Source: an uncultured Rhodobiaceae bacterium
GTDB taxonomy: Archaea > Thermoplasmatota > Poseidoniia > Poseidoniales > Poseidoniaceae
Direction of reading: 5' to 3'
Assembly (NCBI GenBank): GCA_937911445.1
Contig: CALDQY010000189.1
Coordinates: forward strand, 185-64,184
DNA: 64,000 nt
The notes beneath the pieces are model-generated. The model saw only the letters and a list, made by a program, of their open reading frames with translations. It did not search any database and was not told the DNA's origin. A program made the translations under genes and the position numbers. This document shows positions 1-9,865 of the stretch, in pieces. The stretch's first letter is position 1. The number at the start of each line of letters is the position of its first letter.

Positions 1-116
1 TAATTGTTCGAGCATCTTTTTCATTATGTATCCGCACCTCGAGTGCCCTTCGTCTAATAAGCATGCCAATTCACGATGCGACGCCATGTCGTGTCATTCC
101 AATTCGAAAGAAGATG

Positions 117-237
117 GGTGCACGGTCACAGCGAAGGTGTTTACCCGGTCCCATCCCGAACCCGGAAGTCAAGCCCTTCTGCGTCTGTCCCAATACTGTG
201 GTACGAGAGTCCACGGGAACGGCAGTCACTGTGCCCC
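117..237 (+). rRNA. rrf: 5S ribosomal RNA (stand-alone, not linked to 16S/23S in this window)
   Basis: Contains the universal 5S loop C motif 'CCGGTCCCATCCCGAACCCGGAAGTCAAGCC' and a terminal helix formed by GGTGCACGG...CTGTGCC. Length is about 120 nt. Exact ends are +/-3 nt. Confidence 0.7.
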
Positions 238-320
238 TCTTCTTTCCTCTTGGATTCCCCGATCTTTTTCTTCCTTACACCTAAGATTTCTAAACTACGT
301 ACGGATACAACGTAACAAGG

Positions 321-992
321 GTGAAGGTCATGCCGATTGATACATTGGATATTCTTGGATCGGACCAGATTGGAATCCACCTTTCATCCATAGGCAAAGT
401 CCTCTTTCATCCCCGAGAACTTCCTGATCTCGTTCTCGAACAGTTGGAAACAACGCTGCAACTTGAGATGGCTCCGATTTCAATCGGTGGTTCAAACCTT
501 ATTGGTGCATTGCTCGCAGGCAATTCAAATGGCATTGCAGTTGCAGATATTGCCACAGAGAAAGACATCGACCAACTGACTGCCTACGGAGACGTTGTCG
601 TGATGGAGGGTGGCGTCAATACTGCAGGAAATCTCCTTCTTGCAAACGAACATGGCTGTGTCGCATCCCCGAGTATTCCACATGACGGATTGGAGATTCT
701 CGCAGATGTTCTTAGTGTTGATATCATTGCCACAACCATCGGTGGCCAGGATGTTGTAGGAAGTCTCGGAGTCGTCAACGATCAAGGTGTGTTGCTTCAC
801 CCAGATGTTGCCGGAGACGAAGTTCTTCTAATCGAAGAGGTTCTCGGAGTTCCTCCAATGGTTGGAACCGTCTCGTTTGGTTCTCCGTATGTTGGTGCAG
901 GCATTTGTGCTTCAAACGATGGAGCTGTTGCAGGTAGTGAAACAACTGGACCAGAATTGAATCGGATTGAAGATGCGCTGGGTATCATCTGA
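321..992 (+). CDS. eif6: translation initiation factor 6 (aIF6/eIF6)
   Basis: 223 aa with five-fold pseudo-repeat. The C-terminus 'SETTGPELNRIEDALGII' matches the conserved aIF6 end (TTGPEL..IEDALG). Internal 'GGSNLIGAL' and 'GTVSFGSPYVGAG' repeats are also present. Confidence 0.85.
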   Translation: MKVMPIDTLDILGSDQIGIHLSSIGKVLFHPRELPDLVLEQLETTLQLEMAPISIGGSNLIGALLAGNSNGIAVADIATEKDIDQLTAYGDVVVMEGGVNTAGNLLLANEHGCVASPSIPHDGLEILADVLSVDIIATTIGGQDVVGSLGVVNDQGVLLHPDVAGDEVLLIEEVLGVPPMVGTVSFGSPYVGAGICASNDGAVAGSETTGPELNRIEDALGII

Positions 993-1038
993 TAGCCGAA
1001 CACCAATGTTCAAGAGCCTCTCTTTGTGACTAACGCTC

Positions 1039-1944
1039 ATGGGAGAAATGCTCTATCAAGGGAAGGTTAAGCAAGTTTGGTCAACAGGTGACCCAGATGT
1101 GTTGGAATTCCGATTTACAAATCAAATTTCAGTTTTCGATCAAATTATTCCTTCATTGATTCCTCGCAAGGGTGAGTCATTGAATCGAACCACGGCTCAC
1201 TGGTTTAAGTTGGTCGAAGAGGAAGGCGTTTGTGGAACACATCTCGTTGAAGTTAATGCTGCAGACCGATGTCTTGTTCGCAAGGTTGAGGTTATCAAGG
1301 AACCAGGCGCAATTCCTCGTGATATGGAATGGGTTTTCGTTCCACTTGAATTCATTTGTCGACACTACCTTTCAGGTTCTGCGTGGCGGCGTTTCCAGCG
1401 TGGTGAATTGACTCCAGAGCAACTCGGAGTTTCTGCAGATTGCGAATATGGTGCGAAACTCGAGAAGCCGTTTGTCGAGGTTACGACAAAATTCGAAGCC
1501 TACGACCGGAACATCGACCGTGCAGAAGCACTCGAAATCTCAAACATTACAGATGAGGAGTACGATTCAATCGTTACTGCTGTTCTGAAGATTGATGAAA
1601 TCATAGAACGAGAAGCAGCCAAGAACGGTCTTATCCACGTCGATGGTAAGAAAGAATTCGCCCTTGGTCCGGGAAGAAAAGTCGTTCTTGTCGATACCTT
1701 CGGTACCCTCGATGAAGATCGATGGTGGGATGCAGAAGCATATGCGAATGGAGAATGCATTGAGTTGTCGAAAGAATTCGTACGAACCCATTACATCAAC
1801 ACTGGTCACCAAGCAGAATTGAAGGCTGCTCGCGATGCTGGAACTGATGATCCACCAATTCCTGCCCTACCGCAGTCGGTCATCGATGAAACAGCCGCTT
1901 TGTATGCTTCAATGTACGAGCGGCTGACTTCAGAAACCTTCTGA
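1039..1944 (+). CDS. purC: phosphoribosylaminoimidazole-succinocarboxamide synthase (SAICAR synthetase)
   Basis: N-terminal 'LYQGKVKQVWST..PDVLEFRFTNQISVFD' matches the PurC signature (LYeGKaK.vy.t.....l...f.d..SafD). Confidence 0.8.
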   Translation: MGEMLYQGKVKQVWSTGDPDVLEFRFTNQISVFDQIIPSLIPRKGESLNRTTAHWFKLVEEEGVCGTHLVEVNAADRCLVRKVEVIKEPGAIPRDMEWVFVPLEFICRHYLSGSAWRRFQRGELTPEQLGVSADCEYGAKLEKPFVEVTTKFEAYDRNIDRAEALEISNITDEEYDSIVTAVLKIDEIIEREAAKNGLIHVDGKKEFALGPGRKVVLVDTFGTLDEDRWWDAEAYANGECIELSKEFVRTHYINTGHQAELKAARDAGTDDPPIPALPQSVIDETAALYASMYERLTSETF

Positions 1945-1946
1945 TC

Positions 1947-2660
1947 CTAGGCATGCATGCGATGAATAAGCCCCGCTCCATGTCGCTCAGCTGCTAGGAG
2001 AAGAGCGTTCAAGTGACGCATTGCATCACGAATCCCACCGTCAATTGGTTCATCTTTGGCGACGGTCCATCCTCCACCGAGCAGGCTTGAACGTAATGTT
2101 TTGACCTCTTCTGACGTGAGAAAACCCATGATGTTCAATCCGGCTTTTCCATCCATGTATCGCTCATCACCGACTTTTTCTGAATTGCAACGAGTTAGAA
2201 GATAATCGAGATGGGTGACAAGATCATCATACAATTCATTGGATTTTGATGCCACACTTCGCACATTTTCCCGAACGTACAGTATGGTCGATCCTGTTGG
2301 ATGTGGGAACCGACCAAATCGTTCCCTGTTTTTGTCCTCTCCGAGCATGATTGGAAGGTTGTCTTGGTCCAACATTCTTGTCAGTGTAAACAAAATTGTT
2401 GGATCATCCCATTGAATCATTGACCTCGAATCATATTCATCAATACCTTGCGTCCGAAAGCGCTCTTGAATCCGAGGATGCTCACACATACTTTGCCATT
2501 CATCAGACGAACCATGCTCTGCTGAAACCAACGCACCGAATACTTCCGAGAGGAGTCCTGAATGACACCCGTCTAGCGTGTAGAACGCTGTCGTGCTCTG
2601 TTGATGAGGCTTCATTGCGTAACCGACACCATCCCCTCTATTGAGGTATGTGTTCGTCAC
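1947..2660 (-). CDS. hypothetical cytoplasmic protein (no recognised family)
   Basis: 237-aa ORF. Its start overlaps the stop of the upstream giant surface-protein gene by 4 nt (ATGA-type coupling). No signal peptide. Confidence 0.5.
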   Translation of the reverse strand: MTNTYLNRGDGVGYAMKPHQQSTTAFYTLDGCHSGLLSEVFGALVSAEHGSSDEWQSMCEHPRIQERFRTQGIDEYDSRSMIQWDDPTILFTLTRMLDQDNLPIMLGEDKNRERFGRFPHPTGSTILYVRENVRSVASKSNELYDDLVTHLDYLLTRCNSEKVGDERYMDGKAGLNIMGFLTSEEVKTLRSSLLGGGWTVAKDEPIDGGIRDAMRHLNALLLAAERHGAGLIHRMHA

Positions 2661-5600
2661 TGGAAGAATTTCGACATACGTTCCTCAATGCTTGACTGTT
2701 GCACAGCATCCTCATCCGGATTCATTTCTTTGCGTAAGGAATCCAATCGGCCTGACGGTGTATTGTCCTCTTGGACAGGAATCTCCTCAATCATTGTTGG
2801 TGGAGGATTGTCATCCTCTTCGATGACCGTCGAGATGTCATCAGCAACATCGTTCGTTTCCTCTGTTGCTGTTTCAAGAGCAGTAGTTTTCTTAGAAGGT
2901 TTATCCTGCTTTGGTTTCTTTGTATTGCTTTCCTTAGCCATCGATCGAATCAGGGCGTTGTCCTGTCTTTGCATCATAAAGAGGTAAGCACCAATCAAGA
3001 CGATGGCTACCAATGCACCCCAAATGACACTCGATGATTGGATAACTGAGTCTTGATCTGCGACGAAAATCACCGATGCCGTGTCGTCGCTTACATCGTC
3101 ATCGATGTCAAAAGGACTTTCACATGCCAATACAGCATCGAGCTGCTCCTTATCAGACAAGCCACTCGCATCTATACGGACATTCGGAGAAAATTGAGGC
3201 CCAGCTATATCAATGACAATATCTGCCTTGAAATCACTACTTCGACTCGTTACAGTAAGGATACAAACAGCATTCTCCAAAACAGCATAGTTTGTTCTCG
3301 ACACTGCAACATTGATGCTGCCTTCGGCAGATATGCTGCTAATTCCGACGTTCCACCCGGACTCTTGTGCAATTACCTCTTTGTCTATGCTTGCGAGGAC
3401 ATTGCCGTACTCATCGTAAGCTGAGACAACAATCGTCAACACACCCGGCGCAGGATCCCAGTTCAGAACACTCAGGTTTGCAAACGTTGATTCGTTTTCT
3501 AAAATTGTGAATCTTGAAGTCTGGATTGGAATCGTATCTCCTCTACTTGAACTCGCGACAAACGAGAGTTTGGTGTTCTGTGTTGGATCTCCATTGACTT
3601 CGCAACTGACAACATCACCAGTGTATGTGCCTTGACCAAGTTCAGAGAAGGCAGTGTTGACAAAGGAGCATGTGACAGCCGTCTGAGGTGAATTTCTTCC
3701 GATGAGAATGAGTTGAATCCGTTCCTCACCGCTGGTAAGGTTGACGTAATTTGTTCCTTGCAAAACTGAAAACGTGTACGTGCTGTCGGAGACAGAGGAG
3801 TAGGTTCCTTGGATTTCCTCTACTCCAGTGTCGTGGATTTCAACATCCAAATTGGTATTGCTTCTTCCCCAAAGCACTGGGCTTGACAGAAACGATAAAT
3901 TTGAGGATTGGATTGTGAAGTCGAACAACTGCGTTCCGAGGTTTGAGTGCGTCACCTCGACGGTTAGTTCAACATCAGATTTGTCCCAATCGCCTGACGG
4001 CATGAGATGAATCGGAATTCCCCGAACCTCTCCTGGCACCAATTGGATTGGCGTGTCGATATTGGCAGACCAACCTTGTGGCATGTCGGGAAGAACAAAG
4101 GCAATTTCTGCCAAATCGTTGCCTGTGTTTTCGATCCATGCAAGAGGATATCCCCCTTCAGAGCTGACATACCAATCACGCTCCATTTGGAGATCATAAC
4201 TGGATGAACCGATGACGCGAACGGGCACTTCAAACACTTCAGAACCTTTACCTACAGCATCAGAAACACGAATTTTCAATATATTGACATCTCCTTCTCG
4301 GGCGTCTACTGGCGCTTCAACATAGATGTCAACTGTTGAGGTTTGACCGGGCTCCATCAGTTCACCATCTGGGAGCGTTATGTTCCATCCTTGGCCAAAT
4401 TTGGTCAAGAACGGAGTGGAGGGTGCATTCCCTTTTTGCTCGAGTTCAACTTGAATCAGATCCCCTCCGGGTGCTACTTCGAGATTGCTATTTGCTAGAT
4501 TGAGTTCCCACTCGGAATACTCCATTACAGAGAGATTCACCTCGACCACATCAAGCACATACCCGGATGATACTATTGTGTAGGTCAATCTCGCACTTGC
4601 ATCCATCCAAGCATAAGGAATGGCTTGAACGACACTCAGTGTTTCAGATGCGTTAACCGCTAACATCGATGACGTTATGGGACCATGTGTATTCCATACT
4701 GCGGTATCGTTGGATGCAGTAGTAATTGAAAGCGATGGAACAAGTTGCACATCATCAACAAAATTCCCAATGTTGGTGATGTTGAATTCGAGGACGTGGT
4801 CACTGTTTGGTTGTACATCCTGTTGTGGCCCATTGACCAAAGTAATATCCCATTCGTGCCTCTGTTCTGCTTCGACCAAAAGCGTTGTAGTCGCTGCAAC
4901 TGACTTGTTGACCATCGATGCCCATTCAAATTCGAGATAGAACGGTTGAGCAGCAGGTAGGGTACTGCTTAATTCAATGTCGAGTGGCATGATGGTCGTA
5001 GCCAAAGGCCCCAAGGTTCTGATTTGGTTGTAATAGGTAAACTGAACATCATCGGAGGAGATGGCCTCTGTGGTCATGACACTGGCAGTAAACTCATACG
5101 TGTCTTCACCGTTACCAGGATTCTCAAGCTGAATGAGGAGCTGATGAGGTGTACTCACGTTGAAGCCATGCGGTTCAAGCGATGGTTGTGGGTCAATGAC
5201 GCTCAATCCAGCCCGATGAATCTGTAGAACGTGGATGCTCAAATCAAAGGCATGGTGCGCAAGGGGAGTTTGTTCATCTGCATTGAATGTAAGCCGCTGC
5301 GGAGGTGCGTTGGTTGGAATGTAAACCTCAAGATGGACTGTGTGGATCGAATTTGAGGGACCGTTTGCGGTAAGGATTCCATTTTGTAGGCTACCTCCGC
5401 TTGTGACGTTCCACTGCCAGTTCGGGAGGGCAATATTTGCTTGATTGAGATCCCAACTTAACGTTCCCGATTGAGGCAAGAGCATCTCGAATTCAAACGC
5501 ATGTTGCATATCAGGAACCGTTCGAATGTGCACCGGTGATGTGTGCGAACCCACCGCTGTGAAATTCGCATTCAGAGAACGGCACAGGGTGTCGTCTCCG

Positions 5601-8293
5601 CTACCTATGCACGTTGTCAGTGTTGTTGTTGTGGTCCCGCCGAACGTTGTCGAGCTTGGAACATCGAGGAGGATTTTCAGTTCTCTTTTCTCTCCTGGTT
5701 GGAGCGTGATGGAGTAGACATTATTTGATCCGTCGTTGAGTACAGGCGTCCCTCCCCAGGATGGATTTGTCCAATCGATGGAGGTTGTTGTTTCAACAGC
5801 GTTTCCTAGATTTTCTATGAGAACGTAGGATTCGGCTGTCTGACCAGGAAGACCGTAGCCTTCTGTGAACGAAAGTCCAGATGATCCAACAAGTGACAAT
5901 CCACGTGTACGAAGTGCTTCAATCGGAATCCATGACGATTCTTGAACACTCGAATCCGTGGTGAGGGTCGCTGTGAGTTCGATGTATCCGTCCTCGTCAC
6001 CAAGTGCATCTGTTGGCAAGGTGGCAACGAAGGGAATGGTGATTGGTGCTGAAGGAATAAGCTCAACGTTTTCCAAGGTCGTCCCGGCTTGTGGTTCAAT
6101 AGCCCAGTCTGCTGGCAAGTTCGTCGTATCATAGGAGAGATTCCAATTTGCTGTACGTGAACCTGTTGCAGTGATGGTAATATCAACAATTTCACTTGTT
6201 CCTGGTTCCACTCTTGTTACGGTTTCAGGACCTTGTATGAGGACATCGTATGGTTCAACGACAGTCAACGTCACTTGCTCGATGTTGTTGTCCTCACGTG
6301 CCTCGCTGAGATTCTGGTTCATGTCGAGTACGAGTTCGAAGGTGTGTGTGCCGAGGATGGCGGTGACATCGACGCTAAAGGTTGCTGGGCCCCCTTCTCC
6401 ACTAGGAGAGAGTGGTTCAAGATCTTCGAAGCGGACTCGTGTTAGCTCTTGACCGTTCATGTACAATGCGCAGTCTATGTTGTCCTCGTTTTCCCATGTT
6501 CCGATATTTGCAAACTGGCCAGTGACTGTCAGTGCTTGACCAGGATCTGGAGAAACCGGGTTGAAGGAAATTCCATTGCCATCAGGTAGCGGTGCCAGGT
6601 CAAGCAAACGCTGGGATACAAGCGTATCTCCGTAAAGCATGTCGAGATATCCATCTCCATCGAGGTCCGCAAAGGCAGGAGCAGACCAAACGCGATGCGG
6701 CATTGAAAGTGGCTCATCCCACCCTTCTGAAACCTCATTATCGAATCCGGTGTTACCTTCGAAAACAAAGATGCGACGACCAAATGCTACAACAATTTCA
6801 GGATCTCCCTCTCCATCAATATCCATCCATGCAGGAGGGGAAACAGCAATTTCGTCGTTATCATTTCCCGATCCTCCTCTGTTCATGACCTTGTTCCACA
6901 CCTCTGATGGTGGGTCATCGGTCAAGTCATGGCAACCCACCATTCCCTCTCTGTCGAATGTTACGGAAGATGAGGAATACCATGTTGCCCAGCACAATCG
7001 ATCGTGTACACCATCATCATCAAGATCAATCGGTAGAGGTGGCGCATCAGCGTAGCCATTGCGAGCACGGAAACTGAAAATTTCCTCGGTTGACGTTAAT
7101 TCCATGCCAATGAAACGAGCACCTAAGCCAACGGTCCGGCCATTGGCATCTGTTGGTACTGTGAGAATCATCTCTGGCGCAGCATCTCCATCGAGTTGAA
7201 CGACAACCGGACTGGGCAAGCGAAGCCGTGGCGCATCGGAATCCGCATCTGTGCCTGATAGTGCTACTCGACCCCAATCGTTCGAACCCGTACTTCCGTC
7301 AATTCTCCAAATCCACATGTTTCCTGAGTTCTCGTCGATGGTTGTTGCAACAACAACGGACGTTTGCCCATCAAGTTGAGCCCAAGCAGGGTCGCTCGGA
7401 TGCGTACCTCTGTCGAGTGTAACATCCCAGTTTACAGTTGGAGCGTTCGCTCCGAGTGGCAAACTGATGATGTGCGGGTCATCTGTTGTAGAGTCAACGA
7501 CAGTGAGGACAAGTTCCGGCTGTCCATCAAGTTCCAAATCTGCTAGAAGCGGTTGAGTGACGGAGAGATGGTTGCTTTGTCGCGTTTGGAAATGTGGACT
7601 CGTGATTCCAATCCTGTAATCTGTGCTGGTCCACGACCACATCAGTTCGTTTGAATGCCCTCCACTTTGCCAACCGGACTCGTCGCAGTACAACTCTGGT
7701 GACCACACGTCCACCTGAAGCGAAGAATCTGTGTCATAACTCACGATGATTTCGAAACTACCATCCAAGTCAACATCCGTTAGTACCGGAGTAGAGCGTG
7801 CAGCTTTTGTGTCACCGAGATCGACTTGCCACGCTAAATCGGCATCATCTCCTGAAAACAACGATAATTTCGTTGATGATGTTGACGTGCTCTCGTGAAG
7901 GAGAACTGCAAACAGGCCAAATGGCGCACAACGTTGGATGGCTCCTGGAGTTGTCGTAAGGCTTTCAGAGAAATTTCCGATAATTGAACCGTAGGCATCT
8001 GAACCGATGTCATCATCAAGTGCGACCCAATTGATGACAGGATCATCGATGGTCAGCATTGTGCCAGTTTGAGCGTCATGAGTTGGCATAGAACCATTGC
8101 GTGTAGGCGTACCACCGTATTGACCCCATGGTTGCTCGTAAGGGCTCCATGGTTGTTCGGACGTCAGTTCAACGGCTTTTTCATCTGCTAAATGTGTCCA
8201 ATGAATCTGGGTCAAGGATACCGTGAGCATCAATATAACGATGCCAATGGCAGGGAATTGTGACCCTGCTTTGGAATGGCTTTCGCTGCTCAT
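2657..8293 (-). CDS. giant cell-surface protein (1878 aa) with FG-GAP/VCBS-like beta-propeller repeats, Ig/CARDB-like domains, C-terminal TM anchor and ~100-aa acidic cytoplasmic tail
   Basis: Single uninterrupted ORF. N-terminal hydrophobic segment is 'IGIVILMLTVSL'. Many 'DLDGDG', 'DIDGEGDPEIVV' and 'LELDGQPELVL' repeats. C-terminal 'VIWGALVAIVLIGAYLFMM' TM helix is followed by a K/E/D-rich tail. Confidence 0.85.
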   Translation of the reverse strand: MSSESHSKAGSQFPAIGIVILMLTVSLTQIHWTHLADEKAVELTSEQPWSPYEQPWGQYGGTPTRNGSMPTHDAQTGTMLTIDDPVINWVALDDDIGSDAYGSIIGNFSESLTTTPGAIQRCAPFGLFAVLLHESTSTSSTKLSLFSGDDADLAWQVDLGDTKAARSTPVLTDVDLDGSFEIIVSYDTDSSLQVDVWSPELYCDESGWQSGGHSNELMWSWTSTDYRIGITSPHFQTRQSNHLSVTQPLLADLELDGQPELVLTVVDSTTDDPHIISLPLGANAPTVNWDVTLDRGTHPSDPAWAQLDGQTSVVVATTIDENSGNMWIWRIDGSTGSNDWGRVALSGTDADSDAPRLRLPSPVVVQLDGDAAPEMILTVPTDANGRTVGLGARFIGMELTSTEEIFSFRARNGYADAPPLPIDLDDDGVHDRLCWATWYSSSSVTFDREGMVGCHDLTDDPPSEVWNKVMNRGGSGNDNDEIAVSPPAWMDIDGEGDPEIVVAFGRRIFVFEGNTGFDNEVSEGWDEPLSMPHRVWSAPAFADLDGDGYLDMLYGDTLVSQRLLDLAPLPDGNGISFNPVSPDPGQALTVTGQFANIGTWENEDNIDCALYMNGQELTRVRFEDLEPLSPSGEGGPATFSVDVTAILGTHTFELVLDMNQNLSEAREDNNIEQVTLTVVEPYDVLIQGPETVTRVEPGTSEIVDITITATGSRTANWNLSYDTTNLPADWAIEPQAGTTLENVELIPSAPITIPFVATLPTDALGDEDGYIELTATLTTDSSVQESSWIPIEALRTRGLSLVGSSGLSFTEGYGLPGQTAESYVLIENLGNAVETTTSIDWTNPSWGGTPVLNDGSNNVYSITLQPGEKRELKILLDVPSSTTFGGTTTTTLTTCIGSGDDTLCRSLNANFTAVGSHTSPVHIRTVPDMQHAFEFEMLLPQSGTLSWDLNQANIALPNWQWNVTSGGSLQNGILTANGPSNSIHTVHLEVYIPTNAPPQRLTFNADEQTPLAHHAFDLSIHVLQIHRAGLSVIDPQPSLEPHGFNVSTPHQLLIQLENPGNGEDTYEFTASVMTTEAISSDDVQFTYYNQIRTLGPLATTIMPLDIELSSTLPAAQPFYLEFEWASMVNKSVAATTTLLVEAEQRHEWDITLVNGPQQDVQPNSDHVLEFNITNIGNFVDDVQLVPSLSITTASNDTAVWNTHGPITSSMLAVNASETLSVVQAIPYAWMDASARLTYTIVSSGYVLDVVEVNLSVMEYSEWELNLANSNLEVAPGGDLIQVELEQKGNAPSTPFLTKFGQGWNITLPDGELMEPGQTSTVDIYVEAPVDAREGDVNILKIRVSDAVGKGSEVFEVPVRVIGSSSYDLQMERDWYVSSEGGYPLAWIENTGNDLAEIAFVLPDMPQGWSANIDTPIQLVPGEVRGIPIHLMPSGDWDKSDVELTVEVTHSNLGTQLFDFTIQSSNLSFLSSPVLWGRSNTNLDVEIHDTGVEEIQGTYSSVSDSTYTFSVLQGTNYVNLTSGEERIQLILIGRNSPQTAVTCSFVNTAFSELGQGTYTGDVVSCEVNGDPTQNTKLSFVASSSRGDTIPIQTSRFTILENESTFANLSVLNWDPAPGVLTIVVSAYDEYGNVLASIDKEVIAQESGWNVGISSISAEGSINVAVSRTNYAVLENAVCILTVTSRSSDFKADIVIDIAGPQFSPNVRIDASGLSDKEQLDAVLACESPFDIDDDVSDDTASVIFVADQDSVIQSSSVIWGALVAIVLIGAYLFMMQRQDNALIRSMAKESNTKKPKQDKPSKKTTALETATEETNDVADDISTVIEEDDNPPPTMIEEIPVQEDNTPSGRLDSLRKEMNPDEDAVQQSSIEERMSKFFQ

Positions 8294-8558
8294 TGTTGTT
8301 ATTCATCCATGAGGGGTTGTTATTGTTTTGCTCTTCAAGCGTCGCATCACTGTCAATTACAACCCATTTTTGTGACCTCAGTGCTTAGAATTCCAAAGCG
8401 CAGTTGCTTGAATTGATGCGTGGGCTTCATATAGGGGTCGACTGTGGGCGAAATGACTTCGGTCAACTTCTCTCCCGAGGCGAAAGCCGGTGAAGGACGG
8501 AAAGGTTCTGCCTCTTCCTCTTCATCACTCGGTTTGAGAAGCCCGGGAGATGAGATAG

Positions 8559-9110
8559 ATGTACAAAATCGTCACAAGAGAGGATACCATTCGTATCCCT
8601 GCAGAGTACATGAAGAAAGGCCAATCACTCGACCAACACATCGACCGATTGGCAATGACCGCCTTCGAAGGTCGCTTCGATGAACAAAATCGCTTCATTT
8701 TGGTAACAAGCAACCACACGCCTCTCGGTCGTGGTCGCATCATCCACGGCGACGGGGCAATCTATCAGCGTGTTCGCTTCGATGCACTCCTCTTCTGCAT
8801 GGACGATTACGAAGTTGTTGAAGGAGCCATCTCTGAAGTCAACGAGTTCGGGGCATTCGTTCGCATCGGTCCAATGGAAGCTCTACTCCACAAATCACAG
8901 ATTCTTGATGACCAAGTCGAAGTCAATGTCGGTGCGGGCACCATCTCAGGCCGTAACGATGACAAGCGATTGGGCATCGGAACCGCTGTTCGTGCTCGAA
9001 TCGTTTCGCTGTCACCTGACACAAGCGATCCTCGCCGATCAAAGATTGGTCTAACATGTAAGCAACCAGGACTTGGGTCTCTTGAATGGCTTGGCGAAAC
9101 AGGTGAGTGA
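8559..9110 (+). CDS. rpoE: DNA-directed RNA polymerase subunit E' (Rpo7/RpoE1)
   Basis: 'MYKIVTREDTIRIPAEYM' N-terminus typical of Rpo7. S1-like C-terminal domain. First gene of the conserved rpoE'-spt4-S24e-S27ae operon. Confidence 0.8.
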   Translation: MYKIVTREDTIRIPAEYMKKGQSLDQHIDRLAMTAFEGRFDEQNRFILVTSNHTPLGRGRIIHGDGAIYQRVRFDALLFCMDDYEVVEGAISEVNEFGAFVRIGPMEALLHKSQILDDQVEVNVGAGTISGRNDDKRLGIGTAVRARIVSLSPDTSDPRRSKIGLTCKQPGLGSLEWLGETGE

Positions 9111-9316
9111 AGATGGCTAAGAATCCATTTGCATGCGGTGAATGTGGACTCATTCTCCAGGACGGAGTCGACCAATGCCCACGCCATCCCTCTGCTCAAA
9201 CCACAACTGACTGGCAAGGCTATGTCATTATTATTCACCCGTCGCGCTCGGAGATCGCAGAGCGATTGAACATTGACCAACCTGGTCACTACGCACTGAA
9301 AGTAAACATCCGATAA
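9107..9316 (+). CDS. spt4: transcription elongation factor Spt4 / RNAP subunit E''
   Basis: 69 aa with 'ACGECGLIL....CPRHPS' zinc ribbon, then 'WQGYVIIIHPSRSEIAERLNI..PGHYALKV' characteristic of Spt4. ATGA overlap with rpoE' stop. Confidence 0.8.
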   Translation: MKMAKNPFACGECGLILQDGVDQCPRHPSAQTTTDWQGYVIIIHPSRSEIAERLNIDQPGHYALKVNIR

Positions 9317-9329
9317 GGAGGACGAACAC

Positions 9330-9695
9330 ATGGATATTGTAAACCGAATAGAAAACAAACTACTCAACCGAGTTGAAATCGACTTCAAGTGGAATCACAA
9401 GGGGTCAAAGACACCCTCGAAGAAGGACATCATGGATCTTGTCAAGACCCTTGAGCCCGGTTCCAATCCTGATTTTATCGTCGTAAAGAACTGCAAGACT
9501 CGCTATGGACAAGCTTTGACAACAGGTCAAGCACTCATCTACGAATCTGCTGAGGCCATGAAGGTCGAACCAGAATACATTCACGAACGCCACAAGGGTT
9601 TCCGAAGTGGTAACGCAACCGAAGCGGTCGCTGAAGAGGCTGCTGAAGAGGCTGCTGAAGAGGCTGCTGAAGAAACAGAGGACGGTGGTGAATGA
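9330..9695 (+). CDS. rps24e: 30S ribosomal protein S24e with C-terminal (AEEA)n acidic tail
   Basis: '[26 protein letters not shown]....[18 protein letters not shown]' matches eS24. Strong AAGGAGG Shine-Dalgarno sits 10 nt upstream. Tail is encoded by a 12-nt tandem repeat. Confidence 0.85.
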   Translation: MDIVNRIENKLLNRVEIDFKWNHKGSKTPSKKDIMDLVKTLEPGSNPDFIVVKNCKTRYGQALTTGQALIYESAEAMKVEPEYIHERHKGFRSGNATEAVAEEAAEEAAEEAAEETEDGGE

Positions 9696-9865
9696 TGGGA
9701 GAACCAAATCCAAAGGCAAAGTGGTCGAAGTATGCAATCTCTGAGGATGGTACACTCGAGCGCAAGGCTGAGCACTGTCCAAACTGTGGTCCTGGTGTCT
9801 TCCTAGGCACACACGCTGACCGCAAGACTTGTGGCCGTTGCGGCTACTCTGTCAAAAACGAGTGA
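9695..9865 (+). CDS. rps27ae: 30S ribosomal protein S27ae (eS31), 56 aa, missed by the ORF track (<60 aa)
   Basis: Own translation gives [56 protein letters not shown]. This carries the C4 zinc ribbon CPNC...CGRCG typical of S27ae. Its ATG overlaps the S24e stop (TGATG). Confidence 0.8.
   Translation: MGEPNPKAKWSKYAISEDGTLERKAEHCPNCGPGVFLGTHADRKTCGRCGYSVKNE

Noticed and set aside
2601-8046. Numerous 60-140 aa ORFs on the + strand inside the giant minus-strand surface-protein gene (e.g. 2601..2987, 6639..7055, 6171..6452)
   Set aside because: They are shadow ORFs of a long, uninterrupted, compositionally coherent 1878-aa gene. They have low-complexity Ser/Arg/Cys-rich translations typical of antisense frames.
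8444-8743. ORFs 8444..8683 (+) and 8525..8743 (-) in the region upstream of rpoE'
   Set aside because: This is probably the untranslated leader and promoter region of the rpoE' operon, with a TATA-like TTCATATAGG at ~8430. The + ORF overlaps the rpoE' start in another frame. Translations are low complexity.
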